Position numbers and translations under genes: made by a program
Source of the DNA: Candidatus Azotimanducaceae bacterium
Lineage (GTDB): Bacteria > Pseudomonadota > Gammaproteobacteria > Pseudomonadales > Azotimanducaceae
Length of the DNA: 64,000 nucleotides
Assembly: GCA_965200505.1 (NCBI GenBank)
Contig: OZ241343.1
Coordinates: 841,302 to 905,301, forward strand
Direction: 5' to 3'
The notes under the pieces: model-generated
Told to the model about the DNA's origin: nothing
Database searches by the model: none
The model's input: the letters and a program-made list of their open reading frames with translations, nothing else
Shown here: positions 17,710 through 27,125 of the stretch, piece after piece
Layout of the letters: every line of letters begins with the position of its first letter
How positions within the stretch are numbered: position 1 is the first letter of the stretch

Positions 17710-18939
17710 TTAGCGGCGCATGGCCTCCAACGGCGTCATCTTCACCGAACGCCACGCCGGATAGACGCTCGCCAACAACCCAATGACGATGGACAGCGAG
17801 ACGACCAGCCAGACGTCCCCCGCTTCGAGCTTCGGCAACATCAGGGCGGCGATGCCAAATTGCTCCGTGGCGGCGGCGAACGCCGACAGATCGATGCCGT
17901 CCGCCATCGGCCAGTACAGCAGGATGCCAAACACCAGCCCAATGACGATGCCGAGCACCATGATGAGCATGGATTCAACCACCACCTGCGCCACCACCGA
18001 CCGCGGCCGCATGCCCACGGCGCGCAACATGCCGAGCTCGCGGGTGCGCTCCATCACCGCCGTGACCAACGTGTTGATGAGGCCAAATGCGAGGGCGCCC
18101 ATGATGATGAGAAACCAGATGGCGATGCCGATGTCCACGAACTCATGCACGGCGGCGGCGGCGGGCTCCAAGTCTTGCCAGGTGAGCACGTCGAGCCCGG
18201 TGAGCGCGTCGATCATGCGGCTCAAGACGCTTGGCCCGTGCTGGCTTTCGGTGAGACGCACGGACAACTCGGTGATGACGCTGGTGTCCAGCAAGTTCTG
18301 CACGTTGGCGATGCCGGTGAACAGAAACGCCTTCTCCAGGCTTTCGCCCTCGGCGTCGTACAGCCCGGCGATGCGGTATCCCGCCTCCCGATTGCGGCCA
18401 TCGGCGCCCTGCGTGATGAGCACGATGCGCCGCCCGGCACGGGTCTCCAGTTGCTCGGCCAATGCCCGGCCGACCAACAAGCGCCCATCCTCCGGGCCAG
18501 ACAACCGTTCACCAGCCACGGGCACGTCGCCGATGAAGGAGATGTCCTCCGCGGCCGGGTCGATGCCGACCAACTGCACGCCGCGCGTCTCGCGCTCGCT
18601 CATCACCACCGCCGGCACACGCACCCGCGTCGCCCAGCCAAGCACCATCTCCGCCTCGACGCCCTCAAGCGCTTCCGGCCGCCACTCCTTGGCCAGGTCG
18701 AAGCTCTTGGCGATGCCCGGATCGTCCCGATAGCCAGGCGCCAGCACCTTGACATGGCCGTTCATGTTGTTCACCGCCGTGTCCGCCATCTGCACCTGCA
18801 TCCCGCGGATGAGGGCGTTGAGCACCACCACGCCGGCGATGGCGAATGAAATGGCCGCCAGCAAGAGGCCATTGCGGCGCTTGCGGCGCCACAGGTTGCG
18901 CCAGCTAAGCTGCAGCAGAAGCCTTGGACTCACCGCCAT
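17710..18939 (-). CDS. ABC transporter permease, FtsX/MacB type (paralog 3 of 3)
   Basis: 409 aa. N-terminal LSWRNLWRRKRR plus a TM segment, a large periplasmic domain, and a C-terminal FtsX-like 3-TM bundle (ERTRELGMLRAVGMRPRSV). AAGGAGG SD. Confidence 0.88.
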   Translation of the reverse strand: MAVSPRLLLQLSWRNLWRRKRRNGLLLAAISFAIAGVVVLNALIRGMQVQMADTAVNNMNGHVKVLAPGYRDDPGIAKSFDLAKEWRPEALEGVEAEMVLGWATRVRVPAVVMSERETRGVQLVGIDPAAEDISFIGDVPVAGERLSGPEDGRLLVGRALAEQLETRAGRRIVLITQGADGRNREAGYRIAGLYDAEGESLEKAFLFTGIANVQNLLDTSVITELSVRLTESQHGPSVLSRMIDALTGLDVLTWQDLEPAAAAVHEFVDIGIAIWFLIIMGALAFGLINTLVTAVMERTRELGMLRAVGMRPRSVVAQVVVESMLIMVLGIVIGLVFGILLYWPMADGIDLSAFAAATEQFGIAALMLPKLEAGDVWLVVSLSIVIGLLASVYPAWRSVKMTPLEAMRR

Positions 18940-19008
18940 CCCTCCTTGACGAAACCCGCCGCGCCGGCACCGGCGGCCGGCCTAGACACCCACTGCCGTT
19001 CGCGCGGC

Positions 19009-20289
19009 TCACTCTTGATCCCGCAAGGCTTCAACGATGTTCAACTTGCGCAGGCGGCGGGTGGGCAGGAGCGCGGCCAGTTGCACCGTGACCAGCATCA
19101 GCACCGCCATGCCGAGCGCCGAGGAGTAGCTGAAGCTCGGGTAGAGCCGATCCGGCATGTTGAAGCGCGTGAGCATGTCGCTGTATTCCTCGCCGAGGGT
19201 CAAGCCCACGGAGCCGATGCCGGCGATCACCACCCAAGAGATGCCGACCCCCAATGCCGCGCCGACCACGCTCATCCACAGCGCCTCCAGCTGCAGCATG
19301 CGGCGGATGGCGCCCGACGTCATGCCGATGGCCTTCAGCATCCCGAACTCCGCGGTGCGCTCGAACACCGCCATCACAAAGGCGCCCATCACGCTGAACG
19401 TCACCAACACGATGAGGAGCGCAAAGATGGGATAGGAGCCCCAGGCCTTCAGCGCGATGAACTGCTCGATCTCCGGCTGCAGCGTCTGCCAACTGAGGAA
19501 ACGCATGGGCGCCGCGGCATCCTCGAAGGCGTCGCCCAACCGTGCCGCCACCGCCTCGGCGGCGTCCGCGTCGTCTGTCAGGATGGCCACGGCGTGGGCT
19601 TCGTCGCCCAAACCAAACGCTTCGGCGAAGTCGTCAAAGTGCAGCACCAGGGTGGCGCGGTCCAGCGCCGCCATGCCGCTCTCGAACGTGCCGGCAAGCG
19701 TCACCGCGAGGGCCGCCACGCCGCCTTCCTTGGCGGTGCCGAGAATGACCAACTCATCGCCGGCCGCGGCGCGCAAGTTACGCGCCAACCCGGCGCCAAT
19801 GAACGCCTCGCCGCGGCCATCGATGAAGCGGCCGGTGGACGCTTGGCGAATCGTGGCGAACTCCGTGGCGGGATTCACGCCGAGGATTTGGGCGCCGAAG
19901 GTGCGCTCGCGGCCTTCCACGCCGGCGGACACCAAGGCGAATGCCATGCCGCGCAGGGTGGCCGCCCGCACACCGGGCTGTTCGGCGATGCCGTCACGCA
20001 ACGCCAGCGCGTTCGGCACTGTGTTGCGGGGGCGGGGATCGTCTTGATAGGCGGGATGTTGCGCCTGAACGTGGCCGGAAAGCAGCCCCGTGGAGGTGTC
20101 GATCATCATCCCGAACGTGCCGCGCTGCATGGAAACCGCCAGCACCACGAAAAAGATCGCGAAAGCGACGCCGGAAGCCGCGAGCCAAGTGCGACGGCGC
20201 ACCCGCCAAAGGTTGCGCCACGCCATCGTCACCAAGCCATCCGCCGAGGCACTGCGCCGCGCGGGCGCGGCAATGGCGATGTCGGACAT
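19009..20289 (-). CDS. ABC transporter permease, FtsX/MacB type (paralog 2 of 3)
   Basis: Track ORF 19009-21012 trimmed to ATG 20289 (MSDIAIAAP...MAWRNLWRVRRRTW), which overlaps the stop of the upstream permease (TGATG). C-terminal ERTAEFGMLKAIGMTSGAI. Confidence 0.85.
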   Translation of the reverse strand: MSDIAIAAPARRSASADGLVTMAWRNLWRVRRRTWLAASGVAFAIFFVVLAVSMQRGTFGMMIDTSTGLLSGHVQAQHPAYQDDPRPRNTVPNALALRDGIAEQPGVRAATLRGMAFALVSAGVEGRERTFGAQILGVNPATEFATIRQASTGRFIDGRGEAFIGAGLARNLRAAAGDELVILGTAKEGGVAALAVTLAGTFESGMAALDRATLVLHFDDFAEAFGLGDEAHAVAILTDDADAAEAVAARLGDAFEDAAAPMRFLSWQTLQPEIEQFIALKAWGSYPIFALLIVLVTFSVMGAFVMAVFERTAEFGMLKAIGMTSGAIRRMLQLEALWMSVVGAALGVGISWVVIAGIGSVGLTLGEEYSDMLTRFNMPDRLYPSFSYSSALGMAVLMLVTVQLAALLPTRRLRKLNIVEALRDQE

Positions 20290-21587
20290 CAGTCTTCCTC
20301 CCGTAGCGCGTCCACCGGCCGCATTGAGCGCAACCGGAGCGACGCAAACAACGCCGCCGCGAGCGTGGCGACGCACAACACCGCCGGTGACAGCAACAGG
20401 GCGCGGGCGTCGAGCGCCGTGTGCAGGCGATCCGGCAGCGCAAAGCCCACGGCGCCTCCCATGTCGCCCATCGCGTCGCCCAAGGGAAAGCCAAACGCCT
20501 GCAGGTAGATCACCGGCCCCAACACGAGGCCCACACCCATCGCGGTGCCCAGTGCCCACATGGCGAATGCCTCGATCTGCAGCATCGCCATCACCGCGGC
20601 GGGGCGCATGCCGATGGCCAGCAACATGCCGAACTCGCGGGTGCGCTCGAACACCGTCATCACCAAGGCGTTGACGATGGTGAACGTGACGAGCATCAAC
20701 AACACGCCGAACATCACGTCGCCCGTTACCCTGTCGAGGCGCACGCTCTGTTCCATGTCTGGCATGAGCGCCCGCCAATCCAACGTGGCGAGCCCCTCTC
20801 CCGCGAGCGTCTGGCGCACCGCGTCCGCCAATGCCGGCACCGCGGGAATGGACGCCGCCCGCAACACCACGCGATGCACCGCGTCGCCCATGTCGAACGC
20901 TTCCTGCATGGCGGCGAGCCGCATCATCACGATGGAGCGGTCCACATCCGCGATGCCCGTCTCGAAGATGCCGCCGACACGGAGCGCCACCGCCGCCACG
21001 TTCCCTTCCCAACTGTTGCCGAGCACCACCAGCTCGTCGCCCACGGCAACGCCCAGATTGCGGGCGAGACCGGCGCCCACCGCGGCGTCACCGGCGGACG
21101 CCAAGTAGGTGCCCGCGGTCAAACTCGCGGCGAAATCGGAAACGTTCGGCTCCAACTGCGGATCGACGCCCATCACCTGCGCCCCGAAGCTCCGTTCCTC
21201 GCCGGACGCGCTCATGGCGGAGATCAACGCGAAGGCTTCCGCACGGGGCGCCACGGCCACCACTTCCGGCAAGTCTTCCAAGCGGCGCGTCAACTCGGTG
21301 CCGCCCGGCATCGAGTTGCGGATGCGCGGGTCGTCGTTGTAGCCCGGGTGCTGCACCTGCACGTGGCCGCCGCCAAAGCGGGACCCCAAGTCGATCACGG
21401 CGTCGTAAACGCCGGCCTGGAACGACATGATGAACACCACGATGGCGAGGCCGAAGGCGATGCCACCGGCGGTGAGCCAAGTGCGCCGCGAGTTGCGCCA
21501 CAGGTTGCGCCAAGCGATGACGGCAAAGAGGCCGCGGGCGGCCTTGGCGGCCGGCGCGGAGGTGGTGGGGAGGATGGCTTCCGCCAT
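20289..21587 (-). CDS. ABC transporter permease, FtsX/MacB type (paralog 1 of 3)
   Basis: 432 aa with IAWRNLWRNSRRTW and ERTREFGMLLAIGMRPAAV. Its start abuts the stop of the LolA-like gene. Confidence 0.88.
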   Translation of the reverse strand: MAEAILPTTSAPAAKAARGLFAVIAWRNLWRNSRRTWLTAGGIAFGLAIVVFIMSFQAGVYDAVIDLGSRFGGGHVQVQHPGYNDDPRIRNSMPGGTELTRRLEDLPEVVAVAPRAEAFALISAMSASGEERSFGAQVMGVDPQLEPNVSDFAASLTAGTYLASAGDAAVGAGLARNLGVAVGDELVVLGNSWEGNVAAVALRVGGIFETGIADVDRSIVMMRLAAMQEAFDMGDAVHRVVLRAASIPAVPALADAVRQTLAGEGLATLDWRALMPDMEQSVRLDRVTGDVMFGVLLMLVTFTIVNALVMTVFERTREFGMLLAIGMRPAAVMAMLQIEAFAMWALGTAMGVGLVLGPVIYLQAFGFPLGDAMGDMGGAVGFALPDRLHTALDARALLLSPAVLCVATLAAALFASLRLRSMRPVDALREED

Positions 21588-22385
21588 CTAGCTGGCGCCG
21601 GCTTTGAGCTCGAAGACGGTGAACATTCGGTCTGGCAAGTCGATGTCGAACTCGGCCACGTCGATGATGACGTCCGTCCAATGATCCGGTTCGTCGAGCT
21701 TCTGCATGCGCATCCGCGTGGCCACGTTGCGCCCGCCGACCTCGCGGATTTCCAGCGTGGTCATGCGCTTCAAGAGCGCGAGTTCCTGATCGTAGAAGCG
21801 CTGCTCCAGCATCACGTAGTCGTCACGCAGCACCCACACCTCCTTGCCCCACACCACGGGCGCATCGTCGCGGGGCACCGCGTCGATGGTGTAGATCGTC
21901 CGGCCTTCCTCCTCGCGCCGCTCCACGATCTCCAGTTCGTAGTGCTTGAGCAGCTTGTCGCTGCGCGAGAGGTCGTTGTAGGAGAAATCCGAACCCGCCC
22001 AGCTCTGCGAGCGCATGCTGTAGGGCAGGCGGATGGTGCGGTTCAGCTTGGGCGTGTATGTCCACATGTTGTCGCCCTGCTTCAAGAGGGCGTTGCCGGC
22101 GTCCTTCGCGGGGGCGGTGAAGCGCATCAGGGTGTCTTCGCGGCCGCGGCTCCAAGCGACGATGGAGGTGGAACGCTCCCAGTCCGGGCGCTTGATCTGC
22201 ATCGTCATCTCGGTGTGGGAGGTGTCGCCCCGGGCTTGGTCGAGGGCGGCGGCCACCAGGTCATAGGCGGTGAGCTCGGCTTCCTCCGCGATGACGGTGG
22301 GGGCCGCGGCGAACACCGCGGCGACGGTGGCGATGGCGCGGGCGAAGCCCTTGGCATGAAGCGCTTTCATGGGATGCTTATACAC
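21588..22385 (-). CDS. Outer-membrane lipoprotein-sorting (LolA-like) periplasmic protein
   Basis: Signal peptide MKALHAKGFARAIATVAAVFAAAPTVIA. DTSHTEMTMQIKRPDWERS...LMRFTAPAKDAGNALLKQGDNMWTYTPKLNRTIRLP...WAGSDFSYNDL is typical of the LolA_like family. Start is GTG 22385 or ATG 22370. Confidence 0.8.
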   Translation of the reverse strand: MYKHPMKALHAKGFARAIATVAAVFAAAPTVIAEEAELTAYDLVAAALDQARGDTSHTEMTMQIKRPDWERSTSIVAWSRGREDTLMRFTAPAKDAGNALLKQGDNMWTYTPKLNRTIRLPYSMRSQSWAGSDFSYNDLSRSDKLLKHYELEIVERREEEGRTIYTIDAVPRDDAPVVWGKEVWVLRDDYVMLEQRFYDQELALLKRMTTLEIREVGGRNVATRMRMQKLDEPDHWTDVIIDVAEFDIDLPDRMFTVFELKAGAS

Positions 22386-22520
22386 CTAGCCCGCGGCCAT
22401 TGAAAGGCGCACTCGGCCAAGGGCGGACGCATGGTGCCCGGCCGCTTGCGTGCGGCGGGGCGTCAGAGCGGCTGTGGGGAGCGTCTGTGCTAGCATGGCC
22501 GGGATAGGCCAGAACTGCAC

Positions 22521-23621
22521 ATGCGAACCGCAGAGACCATACCGGAAGCCTTGCGGGCACCCGCGGCGGCGGCGCTGGCGTGGATCAACGAAGAGCAGCG
22601 GCAGCGTTTTGAGCTGACCGGGCTGGTCGATGTCGAGGACGTCAACGTCGCCGAGCCCTTTGAAATGGGGCTGGTGCTCTGCGACGGTGAAGTCTGCGCA
22701 CGCGAACAGGTGCGTGTGGTGCCCAAGGGCGAGGCATACGATTTCGAGCTCGTCCATCAGGCCGCGCCCGAGATCCCACCGTTGCTCGACCCACCGGCGG
22801 GCATCCGTGCAAACTGGCTGCAGAGCCAGTTGGAGAAGCACGAATTCGTGCTGCTGCTCTTCTATCGCGGGCTGTGGTGACCGCCCTGTCGCTTCGAGTT
22901 GCGAAGCTACGACAAGACCGGCGTCGCGGAAGCGATACGAGCGGCCGGCGGTGAAGTGTTTGGCATCACCAGCGAGCCACACTCACTGGCCAGCGAGGCC
23001 GAATCCGCATGGGACATGAGCATCCCCGTGATCGGCGATCCGCACCACGAGATTCGCCAGAACCTCAAAGAGAGGGGCATGCTGGATGTGTATTACAACG
23101 AGAACTACGGCCATCTGCGGGCGCGTTCGTGGGCCAGCCATCCAAATGGCTACTACCAACCCGCGGTGATCGCCATCGACAAGACCGGCCGCATCCTCTA
23201 TCGCTGGCGCTGTGTGCCCAAGTACAGCAACATGAGCGGCGCCGGTGCCCGTCCATCCGCGGAATACACTTGGGATGCGATTCGCAAAGGGCAGGGGAGC
23301 ACCGAGGATGCGGCGCTTGATCGGACGCCTGAGATGGGAGCCCAGACGCTATCCTGGCCCAAGTTCCTGTTGCTGCTGACGGCACATGGCTGGTTCTTGA
23401 GGCCCAAAGCCTTTCCCCTCACCCGTGCGGGCGACAGGCAGTTTTTCAATCGGGCGGGCATGATGCGGCGCATTTGCGGGTTCGCGGCATTGTGGTTGGT
23501 GCTGCTGATCGTGCTGCCGATCGGCTGGTTCGGGCTCGCCTTGCTGGCTTGGCTCGCGGCGCTGACACCCGGGCTCATTGAAATCCACAGGCAGTTCCAG
23601 CACGAACCTGCCGCGTATTGA
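22521..23621 (+). CDS. Peroxiredoxin/redoxin-like protein with in-frame TGA (22878-22880) at the CxxC first-Cys position; candidate selenoprotein (UxxC) with C-terminal membrane anchor
   Basis: Track ORFs 22521-22880 and 22899-23621 share a frame, and the second has no ATG. The junction reads VLLLFYRGLW-TGA-PPCRFEL, i.e. the FYRGxWCxxC redoxin motif. The downstream thioredoxin-fold continuation is FGITSE...IPVIGDP...QPAVIAIDKTGRILYRW. Two hydrophobic segments lie at the C-terminus. Confidence 0.6.
22887..22911 (+). promoter_or_regulatory. SECIS-like stem-loop immediately downstream of the in-frame TGA
   Basis: Perfect 6-bp stem GCTTCG (22891-22896) / CGAAGC (22902-22907) with loop AGTTG. The stem extends by TGT/ACG pairs after one mismatch and begins 10 nt after the TGA. 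Confidence 0.5.
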
Positions 23622-23691
23622 ATGGCTGCCCGTGCGTAACGGCGACGCAAGGACAAGACATCGGGGCCCCGTGCCTCTGACGGCGTAAACC

Positions 23692-24531
23692 ATGACCAAA
23701 ACCGTTCTGATTACAGGCTGTTCCACCGGCATCGGCCGTCTGGCGGCTCGCACCTTTCAGGCCAACGGGTGGAACGTTGCGGCCACCATGCGGCGCCCGG
23801 AAGCCGAGAGCGAACTGAACGGCTTGGAGAACGCGTTGGTCACTCGCTTGGATGTGACCGATCGGTCAAGCATCGACGGCGCGGTCGCGGAAACGCTCAA
23901 GACGTTCGGTGGCATCAACGCGCTCGTCAACAACGCGGGCTACGGCGGTCATGCGGCATTGGAGCAATCCAGCGACGAATCCGTGCGCGCCATGTTCGAC
24001 ACCAACGTCTTCGGCGTGTTCAACACCACGCGGGCGGTGATGCCCATCTTGAGGCAGCGGGGCGGCGGCACGGTGATTAACGTCACCTCGATGGCGGGCA
24101 TGATCGGCATTCCGCTGGAAACGTCCTACTGCGCGTCGAAGTGGGCCGTTGAGGGCTTCACCGAGGCGCTGGCCCTTGAGTGCCGGGATTTCAACATCAA
24201 GGTTCATTCCGTGTTGCCCGGCGCGTACGCGACGTCGTTCAACGACAACGTTCAGGACAATCTCGAAGCGGGTGATGCGCAAGTGGTTGGGCTGGCGCAG
24301 AGGCTGCGAGCGCATTTCGGGGCCATCGTGGCGGACCATCACGGCGGCGAGCGAACCGCCGATCCACAGGAGGTCGCGGACCTGATCTATCGGTGCGCAA
24401 CGCAAGACATGCCCGTGCATAACCCCTGCGGCACCGATGCGGAAATGCTGGTGGGCCTCTCCCAATCTCCGGGCCGCCAAGCCTTCTATGACAGTCTGGC
24501 GGGCCTGCTGTTGCCCCCTAGGCAAGCGTGA
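23692..24531 (+). CDS. Short-chain dehydrogenase/reductase (SDR)
   Basis: VLITGCSTGIGR, NNAG, and SYCASKWAVEG (YxxxK). Confidence 0.9.
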   Translation: MTKTVLITGCSTGIGRLAARTFQANGWNVAATMRRPEAESELNGLENALVTRLDVTDRSSIDGAVAETLKTFGGINALVNNAGYGGHAALEQSSDESVRAMFDTNVFGVFNTTRAVMPILRQRGGGTVINVTSMAGMIGIPLETSYCASKWAVEGFTEALALECRDFNIKVHSVLPGAYATSFNDNVQDNLEAGDAQVVGLAQRLRAHFGAIVADHHGGERTADPQEVADLIYRCATQDMPVHNPCGTDAEMLVGLSQSPGRQAFYDSLAGLLLPPRQA

Positions 24532-24558
24532 CGTTCCAGGCAGGCGCCAAAAGATTAC

Positions 24559-25974
24559 TCAGTGTACCGTCGCGGGCGGCTGCGGAGGCAACAATTCGGA
24601 CTGGGCAAAAGCTCTGCCGTGCTTCACAACCCACTCAATCTCTTGCAGGTTGCCAATGTCTGCCAATGGGTCCGCCCCAAGAATCAGGAAGTCGGCAAAC
24701 TTGCCTGCTTCAATGCTGCCGTACTCATCTTCCCGGCCCGCAATGCGGGCGGAGTTGAACGTGGCGGCATGGATTAGGTAGTCCGCTGGAACCCCCGCCC
24801 GTTGCATGTCCCGTAACTCGAGGTGCATGCCGGAACCGGCGGCAATCCCAATCATCCCAGTGTCTGTCCCCACGGCCAACGCAACGCCCCCTTCGTACAG
24901 AGCCTTGACATTCGCGGCCGCCATTTTGCCTTGAGCCCGATAACGAAGGGACTGCCCATCCGCCGGCGGGATGGGTTCTTGCCACGAATCCACCACGCCC
25001 GGCACAGAGCAGCTAAGTTCAATGGGCAATAGCTCCAAATCCTTGCTGAACAGCTCGATGAAGGTGCGCTTGCGGATGGCGAGTGTCGGCACCAACACCA
25101 CTTCCTCCGCGCTGAGGAGATCGATGAAGGCTTGATCCACCGGCTGATCCGCCGGCACATGTTGAAGACTGGCGGCGCCGGCCTCCACCGCCCCATGCGC
25201 ATACGCCAACGCATGGGCGTGGGTCGTCACTTTGAGGCCGTGTCTTGCCGCTTCTTCAACGACCGCACCTTGAAACTCGCGCCATCCGACGTACCAAAGC
25301 AGCGCACCGAACATTCGGCTGCCACGATTGTCGATCGCGGTTTTGATTAAGTCTGCGCCTCGGGCCACCCCTTCCCGCACATGGGCGGCCCCTGCCTCCG
25401 CCGACATCGCCGGTTTCAGGGTGAGTTCGCCATCCCATGGCGGGATCATCTCCCTCGCCACGAACTCTGGCAGCGACGCAATGACGCCGTGCCCCACGAA
25501 AACCGTAGGCGCGGCCGCGGTTCGCTCTGCAAGGGCGCGCGTGTCGTACTCCAGGCTTGGGCCGCCCAGCGAAATCACGCCAGTCACGCCGGAGCACAGA
25601 TTCGCCCGCAACGTGGCGGGGATGTTTGATTTGATCCATTCGACCTCTTCTTCGTAGGGAACCTTGTCTGTCAGGTCAAAGAAAGCGGGGCGTGTGTACA
25701 TCCGTCCAGATGTCATGAAATGCACATGGGCGTCGATCAAGCCCGGCACAATCCACTTGCCGGTCACATCCACCACGGCTGCATCTTTGGGAATCAACAC
25801 ATCGGCCCCGGCGGCGATGAACTGGTCTCCTTGCACCAGAACGGTGGCATTTTCCAGAACACCATTGCGTGTCCCATCGATGAGCGTCGCACCGTGATAC
25901 GCCGTGACCTCTCCGTGGCAAAGGCCCGCCATCACCAAACAGGTCGCCGGCATCAGCCACCGGGTGGCCATCAT
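24559..25974 (-). CDS. Secreted amidohydrolase family protein
   Basis: Trimmed to ATG 25974 (MMATRWLMPATCLVMAGLCHG signal). VPGLIDAHVHF metal-binding motif and a C-terminal GSIEAGKFADFLILGADPL motif. Confidence 0.85.
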   Translation of the reverse strand: MMATRWLMPATCLVMAGLCHGEVTAYHGATLIDGTRNGVLENATVLVQGDQFIAAGADVLIPKDAAVVDVTGKWIVPGLIDAHVHFMTSGRMYTRPAFFDLTDKVPYEEEVEWIKSNIPATLRANLCSGVTGVISLGGPSLEYDTRALAERTAAAPTVFVGHGVIASLPEFVAREMIPPWDGELTLKPAMSAEAGAAHVREGVARGADLIKTAIDNRGSRMFGALLWYVGWREFQGAVVEEAARHGLKVTTHAHALAYAHGAVEAGAASLQHVPADQPVDQAFIDLLSAEEVVLVPTLAIRKRTFIELFSKDLELLPIELSCSVPGVVDSWQEPIPPADGQSLRYRAQGKMAAANVKALYEGGVALAVGTDTGMIGIAAGSGMHLELRDMQRAGVPADYLIHAATFNSARIAGREDEYGSIEAGKFADFLILGADPLADIGNLQEIEWVVKHGRAFAQSELLPPQPPATVH

Positions 25975-26180
25975 GTCACTCCGCTCTTGTTCAGATGCGC
26001 GAGTCAGTTTGCGCCCTTTGCCGGCGGCCGAATGGCACCTATCGCCTGAAGTATGGGGAGAGCGCACCGCGATGCCGTATGAGATCAGCCATTCGTCCTC
26101 CATTCGCTGGCCTAGAACCGATGGATGAACCGCAGGACGACGCGCCCGAAGAGCAGGTGTTTCCTTCCTCGCAAAAGGCG

Positions 26181-26990
26181 CTACGCGGTCAATTGCCCCA
26201 CAAGGATCGTGGCGGCGGCCACGTCCTGGGTCACCCCCTGCTCCTTGGCCCGCGCTTTCAGCGCCTCGTGCGCCGCTTTCGGCAGGGTGACGATGATCTG
26301 GGAGACCTCCTCGGCTTTGCCCTCAACACCGGCCAGCAGCTCGTCCACCGAGGCTTCTGGGCTGTCGGCCGCGGTCTTCACGAACTTCGTGCGCTGCGCC
26401 CGCGACATGGCGTCCATGCCACGCGCCAGCTTGGCCAAGTCGCGCTCTCCCACCTTGCCGTCGCGGCGCTCCGCCAAGTCCTGGGCGCCAAGCGCCACCT
26501 TCAAGTCCACTTCGCCCTTCTCGACCAGCTTCTTCAACCCGGCGCTCAGCCGGGGGTACTTCACGTACTGCCGCACGTCGTTGTAGGGGATGCCGGTGGC
26601 CTCATGCACGGCCTTGGCGTTGCCGTACTTGTTGTAGAGGAAGGTGATGCCGTCGATGAGCTCCGGGCCGGAGAGGTTGCGCCGCACCAGGTTCTCGGTG
26701 ATGGAGATGGCCTTGGCCTCCGCTTCGTCCACCCGGGCGTCGAGCACGGCGGTGTTGATGGCCTTGCGCTTGAGCAACTTGTGGGCGAGGTAGCGGCGCT
26801 GGCCGCTCAGGATCTCCCACTTGCCCTTCTGCTCGGCCTCGCAGACCACGATGGGCTGCAGCAGCCCTTGGCGGCGGATGCTCTCGGCGAGGGCGTCCAC
26901 CTCCTTGTCCACGTTGCGGGTGCGCACCTGGCCCTTGTCGATGAGCAGGTCGGCCAGCGGCAGTTCGCGGTATTCGAGCAGTTTCGCCAT
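26181..26990 (-). CDS. Orphan ParB/Srx N-terminal-domain protein (ParB-like, no parA partner)
   Basis: Trimmed to ATG 26990 (MAKLLEYRELPLADLLID...). GLLQPIVV and ILSGQRRYLAHK are the ParB box motifs. It lies directly next to repeat copy A. Confidence 0.75.
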   Translation of the reverse strand: MAKLLEYRELPLADLLIDKGQVRTRNVDKEVDALAESIRRQGLLQPIVVCEAEQKGKWEILSGQRRYLAHKLLKRKAINTAVLDARVDEAEAKAISITENLVRRNLSGPELIDGITFLYNKYGNAKAVHEATGIPYNDVRQYVKYPRLSAGLKKLVEKGEVDLKVALGAQDLAERRDGKVGERDLAKLARGMDAMSRAQRTKFVKTAADSPEASVDELLAGVEGKAEEVSQIIVTLPKAAHEALKARAKEQGVTQDVAAATILVGQLTA

Positions 26991-27069
26991 TCCCCGTTCC
27001 CCCGATGCGTTTTGTCGAATGCGCGTTGGAGTTGATTCTAGCGTCAACGCGATGTCAAGCGGGACGGGC
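26991..27069. repeat. Unclassified repeat family, copy A (leader plus core)
   Basis: TCCCCGTTCCCCCGATGCGTTTTGTCGAATGCGCGTTGGAGTTGATTCTAGCGTCAACGCGATGTCAAGCGGGACGGGCC. It aligns almost base-for-base with 39331-39410, and its core aligns with 53087-53130. Confidence 0.85.
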
Positions 27070-27125
27070 CCGCAGAAATCCGATGGCGGACCTATCGGCA
27101 GCAGGGCGCTCTGATGGTCTCGGCG

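Noticed and set aside
18946..22403. Plus-strand ORFs 18946-20508 (520 aa) and 20421-22403 (660 aa)
   Set aside because: They are antisense to the permease and LolA-like genes. Their His/Arg/Gly-rich composition is a high-GC artefact.
22386..22982. 198-aa minus-strand ORF overlapping the peroxiredoxin-like gene
   Set aside because: It has no motifs and lies opposite the redoxin motif region. The plus-strand reading explains the sequence better.
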